Source: Planctomycetota bacterium (GTDB lineage: Bacteria; Planctomycetota; SZUA-567; H5-PLA8). From it: a stretch of DNA of 64,000 bases. The position numbers and the translations under genes are program-made. Position 1 is the stretch's first letter, and each line of letters starts with the position of its first letter. Positions 36,950 through 48,389 of this stretch are shown here, one piece after another. The notes beneath the pieces were generated by a model, which had not been told where the DNA came from, did no database searches, and was given only the letters and a program-made list of their open reading frames with translations. The stretch lies in contig JBBRPR010000001.1 in the NCBI GenBank assembly GCA_038227875.1, forward strand, positions 224,001 to 288,000, in the 5' to 3' direction.

Positions 36950-39034
36950 ATGACACTTCGCACCAGGATCGTTTCAGGCTTCGCAGTAGTAGTTGCAATC
37001 ATGGTAGCCATCGGCGTCTACGCCGTCACCCGCATGAGCGCCGCGGGAGCGCAAGCCACGGTCCTCGCCGACGATTGCGCGCCGCTGGCGGAGCTCAGTT
37101 CCGAAGCGGCCGAGCCGCTGCGCCAGGCCATGCTGGAATTCCGGGCCTTCGGTTACACCGGCAACGAAGCGAATTACCAGAATGGCGTCAAGGCGCTCGA
37201 TCAGCTCAAAGACTTGATCGCGAAACTCAAGACTGCTTCGGCCAAGCTGGAGCTGACTCAGAAAGAGAAGGACCAGTTCGTCGAACTGGAGAACGGTTTC
37301 GCCGATTATCAGCAGTGTGTTCAAGAGACGAAAAAACTGTCCGAGGCGATGACCGCCAGCCGCGAGAAACTGGAACTGAACTCCACCGAGTTCCTCAAGC
37401 CTGTCGGCGAATATTCCGGCCTGCAGAACAAGAAATTTGAAGAAGACATCACCAATAAGGCGGAGACCGAAGTCCTGGCCTCCCGCCTCTCGAAGAACCT
37501 GATCATCCGCGACATTCTGAAAATGGAGATGGAACTGGAGAAGTCGACACTCGAGGGCCAGATCAATCGCGACGTGACGCGCATCGCCAGCAGCAACCAC
37601 TGTTTCGATGACATCGCCAAGCACCTCCAGAATCTGCGCGGCATGTCGACCAAGCAGGACGACATCCAGCGCATGGACCGTGCGTTGAAGAGCCTTGAAG
37701 AATACAAGAAGGCCCAGGAAGTCATCATCAACACCCTCAATTCGTCCGTCGCGGTGGCCAAGAAGCGCATGGCTGCAGGCGACCGCATGGCCGCAGGATT
37801 TCTGGAAAGCTCCAACGCTTGCACGGGGCGTGTGACATCCCTGTCGACCGACGCGCGCAGTGGACTGCGCTCGGCGACGGTCTCGATGCTCGCCGGATTG
37901 GCCGTGGCCATCGTGTTGTCCGTCGTGCTGGCGCTGGCCATCGCCGGCTCAATCAACCGTTCCATCAACAGCGTGATCGCCAGCCTTGCCAATGGATCGC
38001 AGCAGGTCTCGTCGTCGTCCGGCCAGGTTGCGCAGTCCAGCCAGGCCATGGCCGAAGGCGCCAGCGAACAGGCGTCGAGCCTTGAGGAAACTTCCGCGTC
38101 GCTGGAAGAAATGTCGTCGATGACCCGTCTGAATGCCGACAACGCGCGCCAGGCCAGCGTGATGGCCGAGCAGGCCAGCGCTGCCGCCGAAAACGGACAG
38201 TCCACGCTGACGCAGATCAGCCGCGACCTCGGCGTCCGCATCAGCAACATGACCAGCGCGATCGGACAGATCAAGACCTCGACGGATCAGTCGGCCAAGA
38301 TCGTCAAGACCATCGACGAGATCGCGTTCCAGACCAATCTCCTGGCACTCAACGCCGCAGTGGAAGCCGCGCGTGCTGGCGAAGCCGGCAAGGGCTTCGC
38401 GGTCGTCGCCGAAGAAGTCCGCAACCTGGCGCAGCGCTCGGCCGAATCGGCCAAGAACACCGCCGCGCTGATCGAACAGTCCCAGCGCAACGCGGAGAAC
38501 GGCGTCAAGGTCTCGACGGAAGTCGCCGACATCCTCAAGCGCACCATTGAAGTGGAAATGGCCAACAGCTTCCGCAACACGGCCGAAGCCTCCACCAAGG
38601 TCAAGCAGTTGATCAGCGAAGTCGCCTCGGCCAACGGTGAACAGGCCAAGGGTATCGAGCAGATCAACACCGCCGTATCGCAGCTGGACCGAGTCACGCA
38701 GTCGAACGCCGCCAGCGCGGAAGAATCGGCCGCAGCCAGCGAAGAATTGTCCGCGGAAGCCCGGACCATGGCCGAGATGGTTGACCAGCTCGTCACGCTG
38801 GTTCGCGGCAAAGGCGCACACGAAACGCCCTCGCCGTCGCGGCAGGCGATCAATGCTCCAGTCCGGAAGTCCGCTCCGATTCACCATCACGCTCCTGCCG
38901 CCGACCCGCACCACGCTCACAGCAATGGCAACGGAAATGGAAATGGCAACGGGAGCACCAACGGAAACGGCAGCACGCCCCACACGAACACGGCGGCTGA
39001 ATCGGTGGAAGAATCGGAAATGGCGTCGGTGTGA
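36950..39034 (+). CDS. Methyl-accepting chemotaxis protein (larger helical sensor, no HAMP)
   Basis: Same signalling-tip motif; His/Asn-Gly-rich tail. Confidence 0.96.
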   Translation: MTLRTRIVSGFAVVVAIMVAIGVYAVTRMSAAGAQATVLADDCAPLAELSSEAAEPLRQAMLEFRAFGYTGNEANYQNGVKALDQLKDLIAKLKTASAKLELTQKEKDQFVELENGFADYQQCVQETKKLSEAMTASREKLELNSTEFLKPVGEYSGLQNKKFEEDITNKAETEVLASRLSKNLIIRDILKMEMELEKSTLEGQINRDVTRIASSNHCFDDIAKHLQNLRGMSTKQDDIQRMDRALKSLEEYKKAQEVIINTLNSSVAVAKKRMAAGDRMAAGFLESSNACTGRVTSLSTDARSGLRSATVSMLAGLAVAIVLSVVLALAIAGSINRSINSVIASLANGSQQVSSSSGQVAQSSQAMAEGASEQASSLEETSASLEEMSSMTRLNADNARQASVMAEQASAAAENGQSTLTQISRDLGVRISNMTSAIGQIKTSTDQSAKIVKTIDEIAFQTNLLALNAAVEAARAGEAGKGFAVVAEEVRNLAQRSAESAKNTAALIEQSQRNAENGVKVSTEVADILKRTIEVEMANSFRNTAEASTKVKQLISEVASANGEQAKGIEQINTAVSQLDRVTQSNAASAEESAAASEELSAEARTMAEMVDQLVTLVRGKGAHETPSPSRQAINAPVRKSAPIHHHAPAADPHHAHSNGNGNGNGNGSTNGNGSTPHTNTAAESVEESEMASV

Positions 39035-39077
39035 ACTGAGCAAAGCAACATAAAGGTTATCCCACGAGGATCCGGAC

Positions 39078-39896
39078 ATGATGACGATGGAAAGCGAAAT
39101 CTTTAACGCACTGCGCGACATCATCCATGAGCAGAGCGGCATTTCGCTCAGCGATGAGAAGGAAGCCCTGGTCAGTGCGCGCGTCTCCAAGCGCATGCGC
39201 GCACTGAATATCGGAACCTTCAAAGAATATCTGGAGCTGCTCCAGGCCGACGACAGTGGGCTGGAGATGACCGCGCTGCTGGATGTGATCTCGACCAACG
39301 TCACCAGCTTCTTCCGCGAATCCGACCACTTCGATTTCCTCCACGAAGTGATTCAATCGTGGCGCGCGGCAGGTCAGCAGCGCTTCCGCTTCTGGTCGGC
39401 GGCATGTTCGACCGGCGAGGAACCGTACTCCATTGCCATGACCGTCCACAACGCTCTCGGCGCCAACGGCCGCGGGGCCGGCGACGTCAAAATTCTGGCC
39501 ACCGACATCTCGACACGCGTGCTGGGCTTCGCCAAGGCCGGACTTTATCCCGCCAACCGCGTCGAGCCGGTGCCGCAGGAATACGCGCGCCGCTACCTCA
39601 CACGCGACCGCACGCGCGACGAAGAGATCTACCAGGTCAGCGACGAACTCCGCAGCCTGATCTCCTTCAACCGCATCAATCTCAACAGCCCGCGCTTTCC
39701 CATGAGCGGGCCGATGGATATCGTCTTCTGCCGCAACGTCATGATCTATTTCGACAACAACACCCGTACATCCCTGCTCTCTGAAATCCATCGCCTCCTG
39801 AAACCCGGCGGCTACCTGCTCGTCGGTCACTCCGAAAGTCTGACCGGACTCACCAACGGCTTCACCTCCGTGCGTCCGTCCATTTATGTGAAATGA
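39078..39896 (+). CDS. cheR: CheR methyltransferase
   Basis: 'TNVTSFFRE', 'WSAACSTGEEPYSIAM', 'ATDIS', 'FCRNVMIYFD', 'GHSESL'. Confidence 0.97.
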   Translation: MMTMESEIFNALRDIIHEQSGISLSDEKEALVSARVSKRMRALNIGTFKEYLELLQADDSGLEMTALLDVISTNVTSFFRESDHFDFLHEVIQSWRAAGQQRFRFWSAACSTGEEPYSIAMTVHNALGANGRGAGDVKILATDISTRVLGFAKAGLYPANRVEPVPQEYARRYLTRDRTRDEEIYQVSDELRSLISFNRINLNSPRFPMSGPMDIVFCRNVMIYFDNNTRTSLLSEIHRLLKPGGYLLVGHSESLTGLTNGFTSVRPSIYVK

Positions 39897-39924
39897 AGTT
39901 GTGTGAAATGAGGGAGCAGCAGCG

Positions 39925-40428
39925 ATGATTGGTACAGAGACTTCCACCCGCGCGAACAGAACCGTGGGCATATCCGAGATGATTGTCGAGCGCGACACCG
40001 ACAACGTGATCGTGACGTATTCGCTCGGCTCCTGCCTGGGCGTGGCCGTCTTCGATCCGGTCGCCCGCGTGGGCGGCATGATTCACTGCATGCTGCCGCT
40101 TTCGAAAATTGATCCCGCCAAGGCGCAGGCGATGCCGGCGATGTTTGTCGACACCGGCATCCCCACACTGCTCCAGGCCTGTTTCGATCTCGGTGCCGAC
40201 AGTAAGCGGCTGCGCCTGAGTGTCGCGGGCGCCGGATCCCCGCTGGACGACAACCACGTCTTCAACATCGGCGACCGCAACCTCGCCGTGCTTCGCAAAA
40301 TTCTCTGGAAGAACAGCCTGCTTATTGCCGCCGAAGATACCGGCGGCTCCGAACCTCGGACACTGTATCTGGAAATGAAAACGGGCGAAGTCTATCTCAA
40401 GGCCCGCGGCGACCGGCGCGCGCTGTAA
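39925..40428 (+). CDS. cheD: CheD deamidase
   Basis: 'LGSCLGV...GGMIHCMLP', 'IGDRN', 'EDTGG..PRT'. Confidence 0.94.
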   Translation: MIGTETSTRANRTVGISEMIVERDTDNVIVTYSLGSCLGVAVFDPVARVGGMIHCMLPLSKIDPAKAQAMPAMFVDTGIPTLLQACFDLGADSKRLRLSVAGAGSPLDDNHVFNIGDRNLAVLRKILWKNSLLIAAEDTGGSEPRTLYLEMKTGEVYLKARGDRRAL

Positions 40429-40459
40429 CTTTGCGCCATAAGAGGCTAGGGGTGACACC

Positions 40460-40843
40460 ATGGGACTACAGGTTTTGATCGTCGACGATTCGTCGCTGAC
40501 GCGGCGGGTGATCGAAAAAACGCTGCGAATGACCAAGATCCAGATTGACGGCATCCGTCACGCCGCCAATGGACGCGAGGCACTCGTGGAACTGCGGAGT
40601 TCGCCGTGCGATCTGGTCTTTTCGGACATCAACATGCCCGAGATGAACGGCATCGAATTCCTCGACGCCAAGAATGCCGACCCGAAACTCAGCGGCATTC
40701 CGGTGGTCGTCATTTCGACGGATTCGAGCGAAGGTCGCGCCGAGCAGTTGAAGGCGCGTCACGTCACAGCCTTCGTGGGCAAACCTTTTACACCGGAGAT
40801 GGTCGAGAAAGTCATGTCCAACGCACTGGAGGCAAGAGTATGA
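40460..40843 (+). CDS. cheY: CheY-like response regulator
   Basis: 'LIVDDS...SDINMPEMNG...IST...KPF'. Confidence 0.85.
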   Translation: MGLQVLIVDDSSLTRRVIEKTLRMTKIQIDGIRHAANGREALVELRSSPCDLVFSDINMPEMNGIEFLDAKNADPKLSGIPVVVISTDSSEGRAEQLKARHVTAFVGKPFTPEMVEKVMSNALEARV

Positions 40844-41292
40844 GCCTGGAAATTCTGGAAAGCATCAGTTCGGTGAGCATGTCGGTGCTCGAGAAGTACG
40901 CCTTCGTCTTCGCGGACGCGGCTGAAGTCGCCGAGGCCGTCGAGCCGGCCAACGTGCTGCTGGCGAACGTGGCTTTCGGCGGCGCAGCGACCGGCGAATT
41001 GCAGGTCGCGATGCCCATGGAACTGGCCGCTGAAATCGCGTCCAATGTGCTGGGCTCCGATCCCAGCGAGGTCACGCCGCTGCTGCTTAAAGATGCCGTC
41101 GGTGAACTGGCCAACGTGCTCTGCGGCAACATGCTCAAGGCCTTGACCGCGCCGGACAAGATTTTCGATCTCCAGCCGCCCGCGGTTTCGGCCGCCAGTC
41201 AGGCGGATTGGAAAGCGCTGATCTCCTCTTCTCAAACCGTGGCGCTCGACTGCGACGGTCAATTCGTGCTGCTGCAGTTCACGTGCAAGTAA
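40840..41292 (+). CDS. cheX: CheX-family phosphatase
   Basis: 'DAVGELANVLCGN' (E-x-x-N motif); ATGA overlap with cheY. Confidence 0.85.
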   Translation: MSLEILESISSVSMSVLEKYAFVFADAAEVAEAVEPANVLLANVAFGGAATGELQVAMPMELAAEIASNVLGSDPSEVTPLLLKDAVGELANVLCGNMLKALTAPDKIFDLQPPAVSAASQADWKALISSSQTVALDCDGQFVLLQFTCK

Positions 41293-42369
<1,077 letters not shown>

Positions 42370-42380
42370 CGAAAAAGTGC

Positions 42381-42602
42381 TTAGCTGGCGACGCGCGCGG
42401 CCAGCGCGCTTTCCTTCTTGCGGCAGACGGCGTGTGGCATCAGGTCGCTGTGGATCTCGCCCTTAAAATCGAGAACCTTGAAAAGCACAAACGGACCTTC
42501 GTTGTAGCGCGCCGCAACGCGGGCCTCGCGCGGCGTACCGCTGATGAACGCGATCACGTCTTCGCCAACTCCCGGAAAACGGCTCTCTTCATACTGTTTC
42601 AT
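42381..42602 (-). CDS. Small hypothetical protein, 73 aa
   Basis: Plausible globular ORF in an otherwise empty gap; no family recognised. Confidence 0.5.
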   Translation of the reverse strand: MKQYEESRFPGVGEDVIAFISGTPREARVAARYNEGPFVLFKVLDFKGEIHSDLMPHAVCRKKESALAARVAS

Positions 42603-42822
42603 GATTTGAATTCCCGCTAAAAGAAGGACCCCAGTTACCCCTCACGCTCCACCCGGGGGACTTCGGGACGCATCTTTCAGGCCCATCCACAAAATCAGGT
42701 GAACTTCCGATGCGTTCATGGGTTGGAATTGCGTGGCGCGCTGAATTTAGCGAAGAATTAGCATCCCGCATCTAACGCAGACTGCTCAGAAGTGAGCTCT
42801 GCCGTTGATCGAAGTGGAACCA

Positions 42823-43692
42823 TCAGGTTCGCCCCACCCAGAGCAGCGTTTTGGTGCGGTATTCCCGGGGGGAAACGCCGACGGTCCGCTTGAAGATCCG
42901 GCTGAAGGTGTAGGGATCGTCGATTCCCACTTTTGAGCCGATTTCTTTGATGCTCAATTCGCCGTCCGCCAGCATCGCTCGTGCCGTGTCGCAGCGCAGC
43001 GCGGTCAGGTAATGTGCGGGTGCCAGTCCCGTCACGGCGCGGACGCCCTGCCGCAAACTGGAGTAGCTCATCGCATGCTCCGAAGCGAGTGCTTCGAAGT
43101 CGAGCGCTTCGGCCAGATGCTCCTGGCAGTATTTCAGAATCGCTTCGATCGGCTTGCTCGGCGTCGAGGCCTGCAGGCTGACGCGGTTGTAGTAAAGCTC
43201 CAGCAGCAGCCGTTCGGTCATCAGCACCGCGCGGTCGGCGTCGCCGGGTTTGGCGCGGCGGACGACGTCGATCAACTCCCGAAACTGCACGACCAGCGCG
43301 GTGACATTGGTGAGCTGCTGCACGCGGCCGTCGGTGGAGAAGACACCGGCTTCGCGCAGATGCTGGAAGCGCGGTCCGTCAAGGCCGCAGTGGTACTCGC
43401 ACCATTCAGTGCCGGGATCGGGGCCGTAATGAAAGACAGGGCCGGGGTAAACATGAAACAAACTTCCCGCTTCGATACGCTGCACGGGGCCGTTGTCGAC
43501 CTGGTACGAGCCGCGCCCGGAACTGACGAAACCGACGGCGTAGACGTTGAATTGATGATGAATCCAGGCGTCCTTGTGCGGAATTGAATTGGCGAGGATC
43601 ACCCAGTCATCGGTGATCAGCCCGGGGCGCATCAGCCGGTTGAGCCGGATGAGCGGATCGGGAGCTTTCTTCTTTCGCGCGGTGCGGGCCAT
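42823..43692 (-). CDS. AraC-family transcriptional regulator
   Basis: Cupin 'SSGRGSY...PGPVFHY'; 'IKEIGSKVGIDDPYTFSRIFKRTVGVSPREYR'. Confidence 0.92.
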   Translation of the reverse strand: MARTARKKKAPDPLIRLNRLMRPGLITDDWVILANSIPHKDAWIHHQFNVYAVGFVSSGRGSYQVDNGPVQRIEAGSLFHVYPGPVFHYGPDPGTEWCEYHCGLDGPRFQHLREAGVFSTDGRVQQLTNVTALVVQFRELIDVVRRAKPGDADRAVLMTERLLLELYYNRVSLQASTPSKPIEAILKYCQEHLAEALDFEALASEHAMSYSSLRQGVRAVTGLAPAHYLTALRCDTARAMLADGELSIKEIGSKVGIDDPYTFSRIFKRTVGVSPREYRTKTLLWVGRT

Positions 43693-43750
43693 TGCGGTTC
43701 ACGCTACGGCCTTGCAGCCCGTTGAAAAAGGTAGATTCGGCCAAATTTTT

Positions 43751-43784
43751 CCGTGAAACGCCTGGCAGTAAAGGCGTTTCACGG
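43751..43784. promoter_or_regulatory. Perfect 13-bp inverted repeat in a divergent promoter region
   Basis: CCGTGAAACGCCT-N8-AGGCGTTTCACGG; no downstream U-tract on either strand. Confidence 0.45.
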
Positions 43785-43870
43785 CGCAGGCCAAAGGATA
43801 ATCAACGGGCTGCTCGCGTCAAAATTTCCATTTCGTTGCCGCCGCTGCGCATCGGCGCTACAATCGGCAC

Positions 43871-44098
43871 ATGATCTGGAAATGTGCAGCGTACCTGGCG
43901 GTGGCGTTAAGCCTCGCCGGAAATGTCGGCGTCGTGCAACGCAAGCGCTGGGGCATGGGCGTCTGGATCGTTGCCAACGGGATCTGGATAGCGTATTACC
44001 TGGATCACGAGGACTGGCCGAGCCTGACGCTGTTCTCCGCGTACATGGCGCTGTCGATCTGGGGCTTCGCACGGTGGAAAACACCGGCGGCGGCGTGA
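43871..44098 (+). CDS. Half-size PnuC-like 3-TM protein
   Basis: 75 aa: 'LSLAGN...RKRWG..VWIVAN..W..YY......L..Y..LSIWGF..W'. Confidence 0.65.
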   Translation: MIWKCAAYLAVALSLAGNVGVVQRKRWGMGVWIVANGIWIAYYLDHEDWPSLTLFSAYMALSIWGFARWKTPAAA

Positions 44099-44249
44099 AT
44101 AAAGCACTCGGATTTCGCGTCCATAAACACAGCACAATCGACGATACTCTAATATTCCCCGAGTCGGCTTGCCTTCCAAGATGGGCAACCTATACTCCGG
44201 TTTTGGTGAAGACTGATCGGTGATCGGCAATGAGTCCCGCGGAAGGCCC

Positions 44250-46985
44250 ATGAATTCGTCCACTCCGGAAACGATCGGCAGCTTCCGGATCCTGGCCAAA
44301 ATTGGCCAAGGCGGCATGGGCACGGTTTACCGTGCGGTGCACGGCACGCTCGAACGTCCCGTTGCGCTGAAAATTCTCCCCAACGAATTCGCCAACAATC
44401 CCGAATACGTGATGCGCTTTCTCCGCGAAGCGCGCACGGTCGCGGCACTGCGTCACGACAACATCGTTCACGTCTACGACGCCGGCGAACAGGGCGGCGC
44501 GTACTTTATCGCGATGGAATTGATCGACGGCTGCAACCTCGGCACCTACGCCGACGAGCACAAAAACGTCAGCGAAAAAGACGGACTGGAACTGCTCCTG
44601 CAGGCCGCGCGGGGCTTGTCGGCCGCGCATTCCAAGGGGCTGGTCCACCGCGACATTAAGCCGGAAAATCTACTGCTGGGCACCGACAACATTTTGCGCA
44701 TCGTCGATTTTGGTCTCGTGATGGAATCGACGTCGACGACGCAACTGACCGCGACGGGCGCGTGCCTGGGCACGCCGATGTACATGAGCCCCGAGCAGGC
44801 CGACGGCGAAAACGCCGATGCGCGCACCGACATTTATTCACTGGGCGTGACGTTCTTTCGCGTTTTCACCGGACAGACTCCGTTCACTTCGCCGACGGTG
44901 ATGAACCTGCTCTTCAAACACAAGTTCGAAGCGCCGCCGGAACCGAATTCGATCCGGCCGGATCTCTCCACCAACATCAACAGCCTTCTGCTCCACATGC
45001 TCGCCAAGCGCCGTGAAGACCGGCCGCAGACGGCGCAGAACCTGATCGAGATGATTGAGACGATCAAGCAGGGCAAGAACATTCCGCCGCCGCCCAAGTT
45101 CGTGCCGCATGCCGCCATGAACGCGGGTGCCGCAACCGAGTTGAATATTCCCGGTGCCGCGTCTGTCCGCCGCGACCCCAACAGCAGCAATTCCGATGGT
45201 CGCCGCCGCGCGCCGATATTGGGAATCCTGGTGATCGGCCTGGTGCTGGCGGTGATGGTGACGCTCTTCTACGTCGTCAGCCACACGTCGTCGCCGCCGG
45301 TCGAGAACATCACCGACACAGGCGTCGCCAAGAATATGTCGACGGCGACGAACACCGCCACGAACGCGCTTCCCGTGCGCAACGACCCGCCGCCCGACGA
45401 TGCGCTCAAGCGCGGCGACACCGCGTACGCGGCCGGAAAATACCGCGACGCGCTGGAAGAGTACAAGATCGGCCAGAAGTTGCAGCCCCGCAGCGACGAA
45501 CTTGCCGGACGAATTCACAAGGCCGAACGCGCCATCGCGCTCACCGATTTGATGGACAAGGGCTCCGGGTTGGAAGCCAACGGCCAGTGGGAAGACGCGC
45601 TGACGCAGTATACGGCGGCGAAGCTTTACGACGACGGCACGGCCGCGCAGCAGCACATCGACGGCGTCAATCAGAAGCTGGCCGAGCAGCGGCAGCTCGA
45701 CGCCTCGAACAAGAACGCTTCGCGCGACGCGGAATTGAAAAAGGCCGAGCTGGCGGAAAAGTCGATGCGCTACGACATCGCCGCCGAACACTATTCACGC
45801 GGCGCGATGCTCTCCGATCCGGAACTGCGGGTGACCATCGCCGAGAAGGCCAAGGAATGCCGCCGGCAGGATTACCTCGCCCGTGCCAAGGCTTGCGAAG
45901 CGACCAGCAATTTCACCGATGCGGAGAACTTCTATAAGAAGGCGCTCGACATCAAGGACGACCCGCTGATCGCCGAGAAGATCGCAACGCTCCGCACCAA
46001 GCTCCAGCCGGCTCAGGTCGTCACGCCGCCCCCGCCGTTCCCGGCCGTGCAGACCGCCGTCATGACCGGCGACAAGGACTACAACGATGCGATGAGCGAC
46101 GCGCGCCTGGCGATGAACGCCAACGACTACAAAGGCGCGCGGATGAAATTGGATCTCGCCAGAAAACTGCAGCCGACCCAGCCGGAAACCGCCGCGCTGG
46201 GCCTGGAAGTCGACGGCCGCGAACTGATCTTCCAGGGCGATGCGCTGCAATCCAAGGGCAACGGCCAGCAGGCCGCGGTGCTCTACCGCAAGGCCGCTGT
46301 CGTCTGTCCGGATTTGAAAGCGCTCAGCGATGCGCGCATCGGCGCCGCCGGCGCGTTTTCAGTTCCGCCGCCGCCCCCGAACACCACAACAGCGCCGGCA
46401 GTGACCTCGCCGCTGGTGGAGCGCATCGATGCTTACGTCCGTGCTTACAAGGACGACGAAGCGACCGCCGACATCGCCAACGAAGTACGACTCGCGCCGC
46501 GCAACGATCGCGTTCAGCAGGTCAGTGACGCGCTGGAAAACATGCGCAACGGCGGCTGGATCTACCACGAGCTCTCGGCGCTCTGCGAAAAGGGCCGCGC
46601 CCAGGTTGCCGATGCGCTGGACTTGGAAGACGACGACCACACCAAGGCCGAACGCGTCCGCCTCAAGCGCATGATCGAAGAACTCAACGATAAAATCAGC
46701 CGCGGCCGCACGCTCTTTTTAAATCACGATTACGACGGCGTGAAAGGCGCGCTGGCCACAGCCCGCACCGACGCGATTGAGACGGGCGCGAAGCTCAGTG
46801 CCGCCGCGGATTTCTTCACCAAGCGCGTCGATCACTTCAGCAAGCAGGGCGGGGTGACGGTGCCGATTGTCGGCATCAGTGTCTCCGGCAACCGCAAGAA
46901 AGCCGAACGCTACCAGCGCATCGTCGACGAGTTCCGCAAGTACGCCGAGCAGGCGAAGAATCTCAAGAAGTTCGGCGAGAACTGA
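44250..46985 (+). CDS. Hanks-type Ser/Thr kinase with TM helix and TPR-like ectodomain
   Basis: GQGGMG, VALK, HRDIKPEN, DFG, GTPMYMSPEQ; one TM helix; helical repeats. Confidence 0.95.
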   Translation: MNSSTPETIGSFRILAKIGQGGMGTVYRAVHGTLERPVALKILPNEFANNPEYVMRFLREARTVAALRHDNIVHVYDAGEQGGAYFIAMELIDGCNLGTYADEHKNVSEKDGLELLLQAARGLSAAHSKGLVHRDIKPENLLLGTDNILRIVDFGLVMESTSTTQLTATGACLGTPMYMSPEQADGENADARTDIYSLGVTFFRVFTGQTPFTSPTVMNLLFKHKFEAPPEPNSIRPDLSTNINSLLLHMLAKRREDRPQTAQNLIEMIETIKQGKNIPPPPKFVPHAAMNAGAATELNIPGAASVRRDPNSSNSDGRRRAPILGILVIGLVLAVMVTLFYVVSHTSSPPVENITDTGVAKNMSTATNTATNALPVRNDPPPDDALKRGDTAYAAGKYRDALEEYKIGQKLQPRSDELAGRIHKAERAIALTDLMDKGSGLEANGQWEDALTQYTAAKLYDDGTAAQQHIDGVNQKLAEQRQLDASNKNASRDAELKKAELAEKSMRYDIAAEHYSRGAMLSDPELRVTIAEKAKECRRQDYLARAKACEATSNFTDAENFYKKALDIKDDPLIAEKIATLRTKLQPAQVVTPPPPFPAVQTAVMTGDKDYNDAMSDARLAMNANDYKGARMKLDLARKLQPTQPETAALGLEVDGRELIFQGDALQSKGNGQQAAVLYRKAAVVCPDLKALSDARIGAAGAFSVPPPPPNTTTAPAVTSPLVERIDAYVRAYKDDEATADIANEVRLAPRNDRVQQVSDALENMRNGGWIYHELSALCEKGRAQVADALDLEDDDHTKAERVRLKRMIEELNDKISRGRTLFLNHDYDGVKGALATARTDAIETGAKLSAAADFFTKRVDHFSKQGGVTVPIVGISVSGNRKKAERYQRIVDEFRKYAEQAKNLKKFGEN

Positions 46986-47006
46986 AGTCCGTCTTCGGAC
47001 TTTATT
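46985..47006 (+). terminator. Intrinsic terminator
   Basis: AAGTCCG-TCTT-CGGACTT followed by TATT. Confidence 0.5.
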
Positions 47007-47114
47007 AGCACAAAAAATACAGGGCTCATATTTTCTTAACCATACCGTAAAACGCGACGATACAGTGGACGTGCCATCCTCTATAGTTCAGCCGTGCACC
47101 TACGGGAGAAACAC

Positions 47115-48023
47115 GTGGAACTGCAGCGCTTTGCTTTCTCAACCAACGCCTACAGCCGCCATTCGTTAAAGAAGGCGTTGAAGCGGATTGCCAAATTCGG
47201 TTTCAAAGGCGTCGAGATTCTCGCCGACAAGCCGCACGCGTGGCTCGATAGTTTCACGCCGCGCGACGTCACGCGCATTCAGCGCCAGTTGGAACGTCTC
47301 GACCTTTTTGTCTCGAATATCAACGCCAACTGCACGTTTGGATTCTGGACCGACGCTCCGCCGGAACCGTTCTTCGAACCGTCACTGATCTCCCGCAGCC
47401 GCGAACTTCGCGAATGGCGCATCGCCTACACCAAGAAAGCGCTCCGACTGGGCAAGGAACTGGGCGCGCACAACGTCTCGATCACCACCGGCAAGGCGCT
47501 CAACGGCGTCCCTCCGGAAAAGGCGCAGAAGCTGTTGGAAGAAGGTCTGTCGCGCCTGCTGGAAGAAGCCGAACACCTCGGACAGAAACTGTCGATCGAA
47601 TACGAACCGGCGCTCTTCGTTGAAACCACCGCCGAACTCAAAGCGCTGCTGGTCAAACTCAACTCGCCGTTTCTCGGCGCCAATCTGGATCTCGGCCACG
47701 TCGACGTGATCGGCGAAGACCCGTGCCATGCGATCCGTGCGCTGAAGGGCCGCATCTTCAACATCCATCTGGAAGACATCCGTGCCCACAAGCATTACCA
47801 CCGCATTCCCGGCGACGGCGACATCGACTTCCGCGCGATCTTCCGCGAGCTCGACGCCATCGACTACACCGGCCCGCTCACGTGGGAACTGTACACCTAC
47901 GATGAGCGTCCGGACGAAGCTTGCGAACGCACCTACAAGTATCTGCGCACGCTGTTGCTGGAACGAAAATTGAGCCAGGCCGCGCGCAAAGCGGCGAAGA
48001 AGAAGCCCGCTTCGAAAAAGTAG
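47115..48023 (+). CDS. Sugar phosphate isomerase/epimerase (xylose-isomerase-like TIM barrel)
   Basis: 'GVEILAD.PH', 'IEYEP', 'NLDLGH', 'HLED...HRIPGDG', 'WELY'. Confidence 0.88.
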   Translation: MELQRFAFSTNAYSRHSLKKALKRIAKFGFKGVEILADKPHAWLDSFTPRDVTRIQRQLERLDLFVSNINANCTFGFWTDAPPEPFFEPSLISRSRELREWRIAYTKKALRLGKELGAHNVSITTGKALNGVPPEKAQKLLEEGLSRLLEEAEHLGQKLSIEYEPALFVETTAELKALLVKLNSPFLGANLDLGHVDVIGEDPCHAIRALKGRIFNIHLEDIRAHKHYHRIPGDGDIDFRAIFRELDAIDYTGPLTWELYTYDERPDEACERTYKYLRTLLLERKLSQAARKAAKKKPASKK

Positions 48024-48029
48024 TCCGCC

Positions 48030-48389
48030 TCACGCGAACAGTTTCAGCGCTGATTCGAGATCCATCGCCACGGTCAGCGCCGCGCTGGCCGGCAGCAGTT
48101 CGAACACCTGCCTGACCGTCTCCGACGGATTCATCAGCACCACCGTGCCGTGTTCATTCGATGCCTTGCGCCGCGCCGCGAGAAAGACGTTCACGCCGGC
48201 CGACGTGAGGAAGTCGATGTCGGCGAGGTCGATGATGATCCGCGACTCGCCGTGGTAGATCAGCCTATCGAGCTTGGATTCGAGCACGCTATAAGTGTGG
48301 CTGTCGAGCGTCCCGTGGACGCTGAGCATCACGATGCCCTGTTCGTCGAGAAAGCGGGACTTTACGGTCAGAGAAGTCATCGTCATCAT
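48030..48389 (-). CDS. STAS-domain anti-sigma-factor antagonist
   Basis: 'GTLDSH...IIDLADIDFLTSAGV...VRQVFEL'; AGGAGG RBS. Confidence 0.9.
   Translation of the reverse strand: MMTMTSLTVKSRFLDEQGIVMLSVHGTLDSHTYSVLESKLDRLIYHGESRIIIDLADIDFLTSAGVNVFLAARRKASNEHGTVVLMNPSETVRQVFELLPASAALTVAMDLESALKLFA

Noticed and set aside
27595..39304. Long antisense ORFs (e.g. 27595-29259, 33422-34495, 37949-39304)
   Set aside because: Mirror frames of well-supported genes, expected at high GC; no motifs.
39887..39912. TGTGAAATGA duplicated at the cheR stop
   Set aside because: Only two copies at 15-nt spacing; too weak to call a target-site duplication or heptamer array.
43751..43870. Vitamin riboswitch upstream of the PnuC-like gene
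   Set aside because: No TPP, FMN or cobalamin consensus motifs recognised; only a simple inverted repeat.
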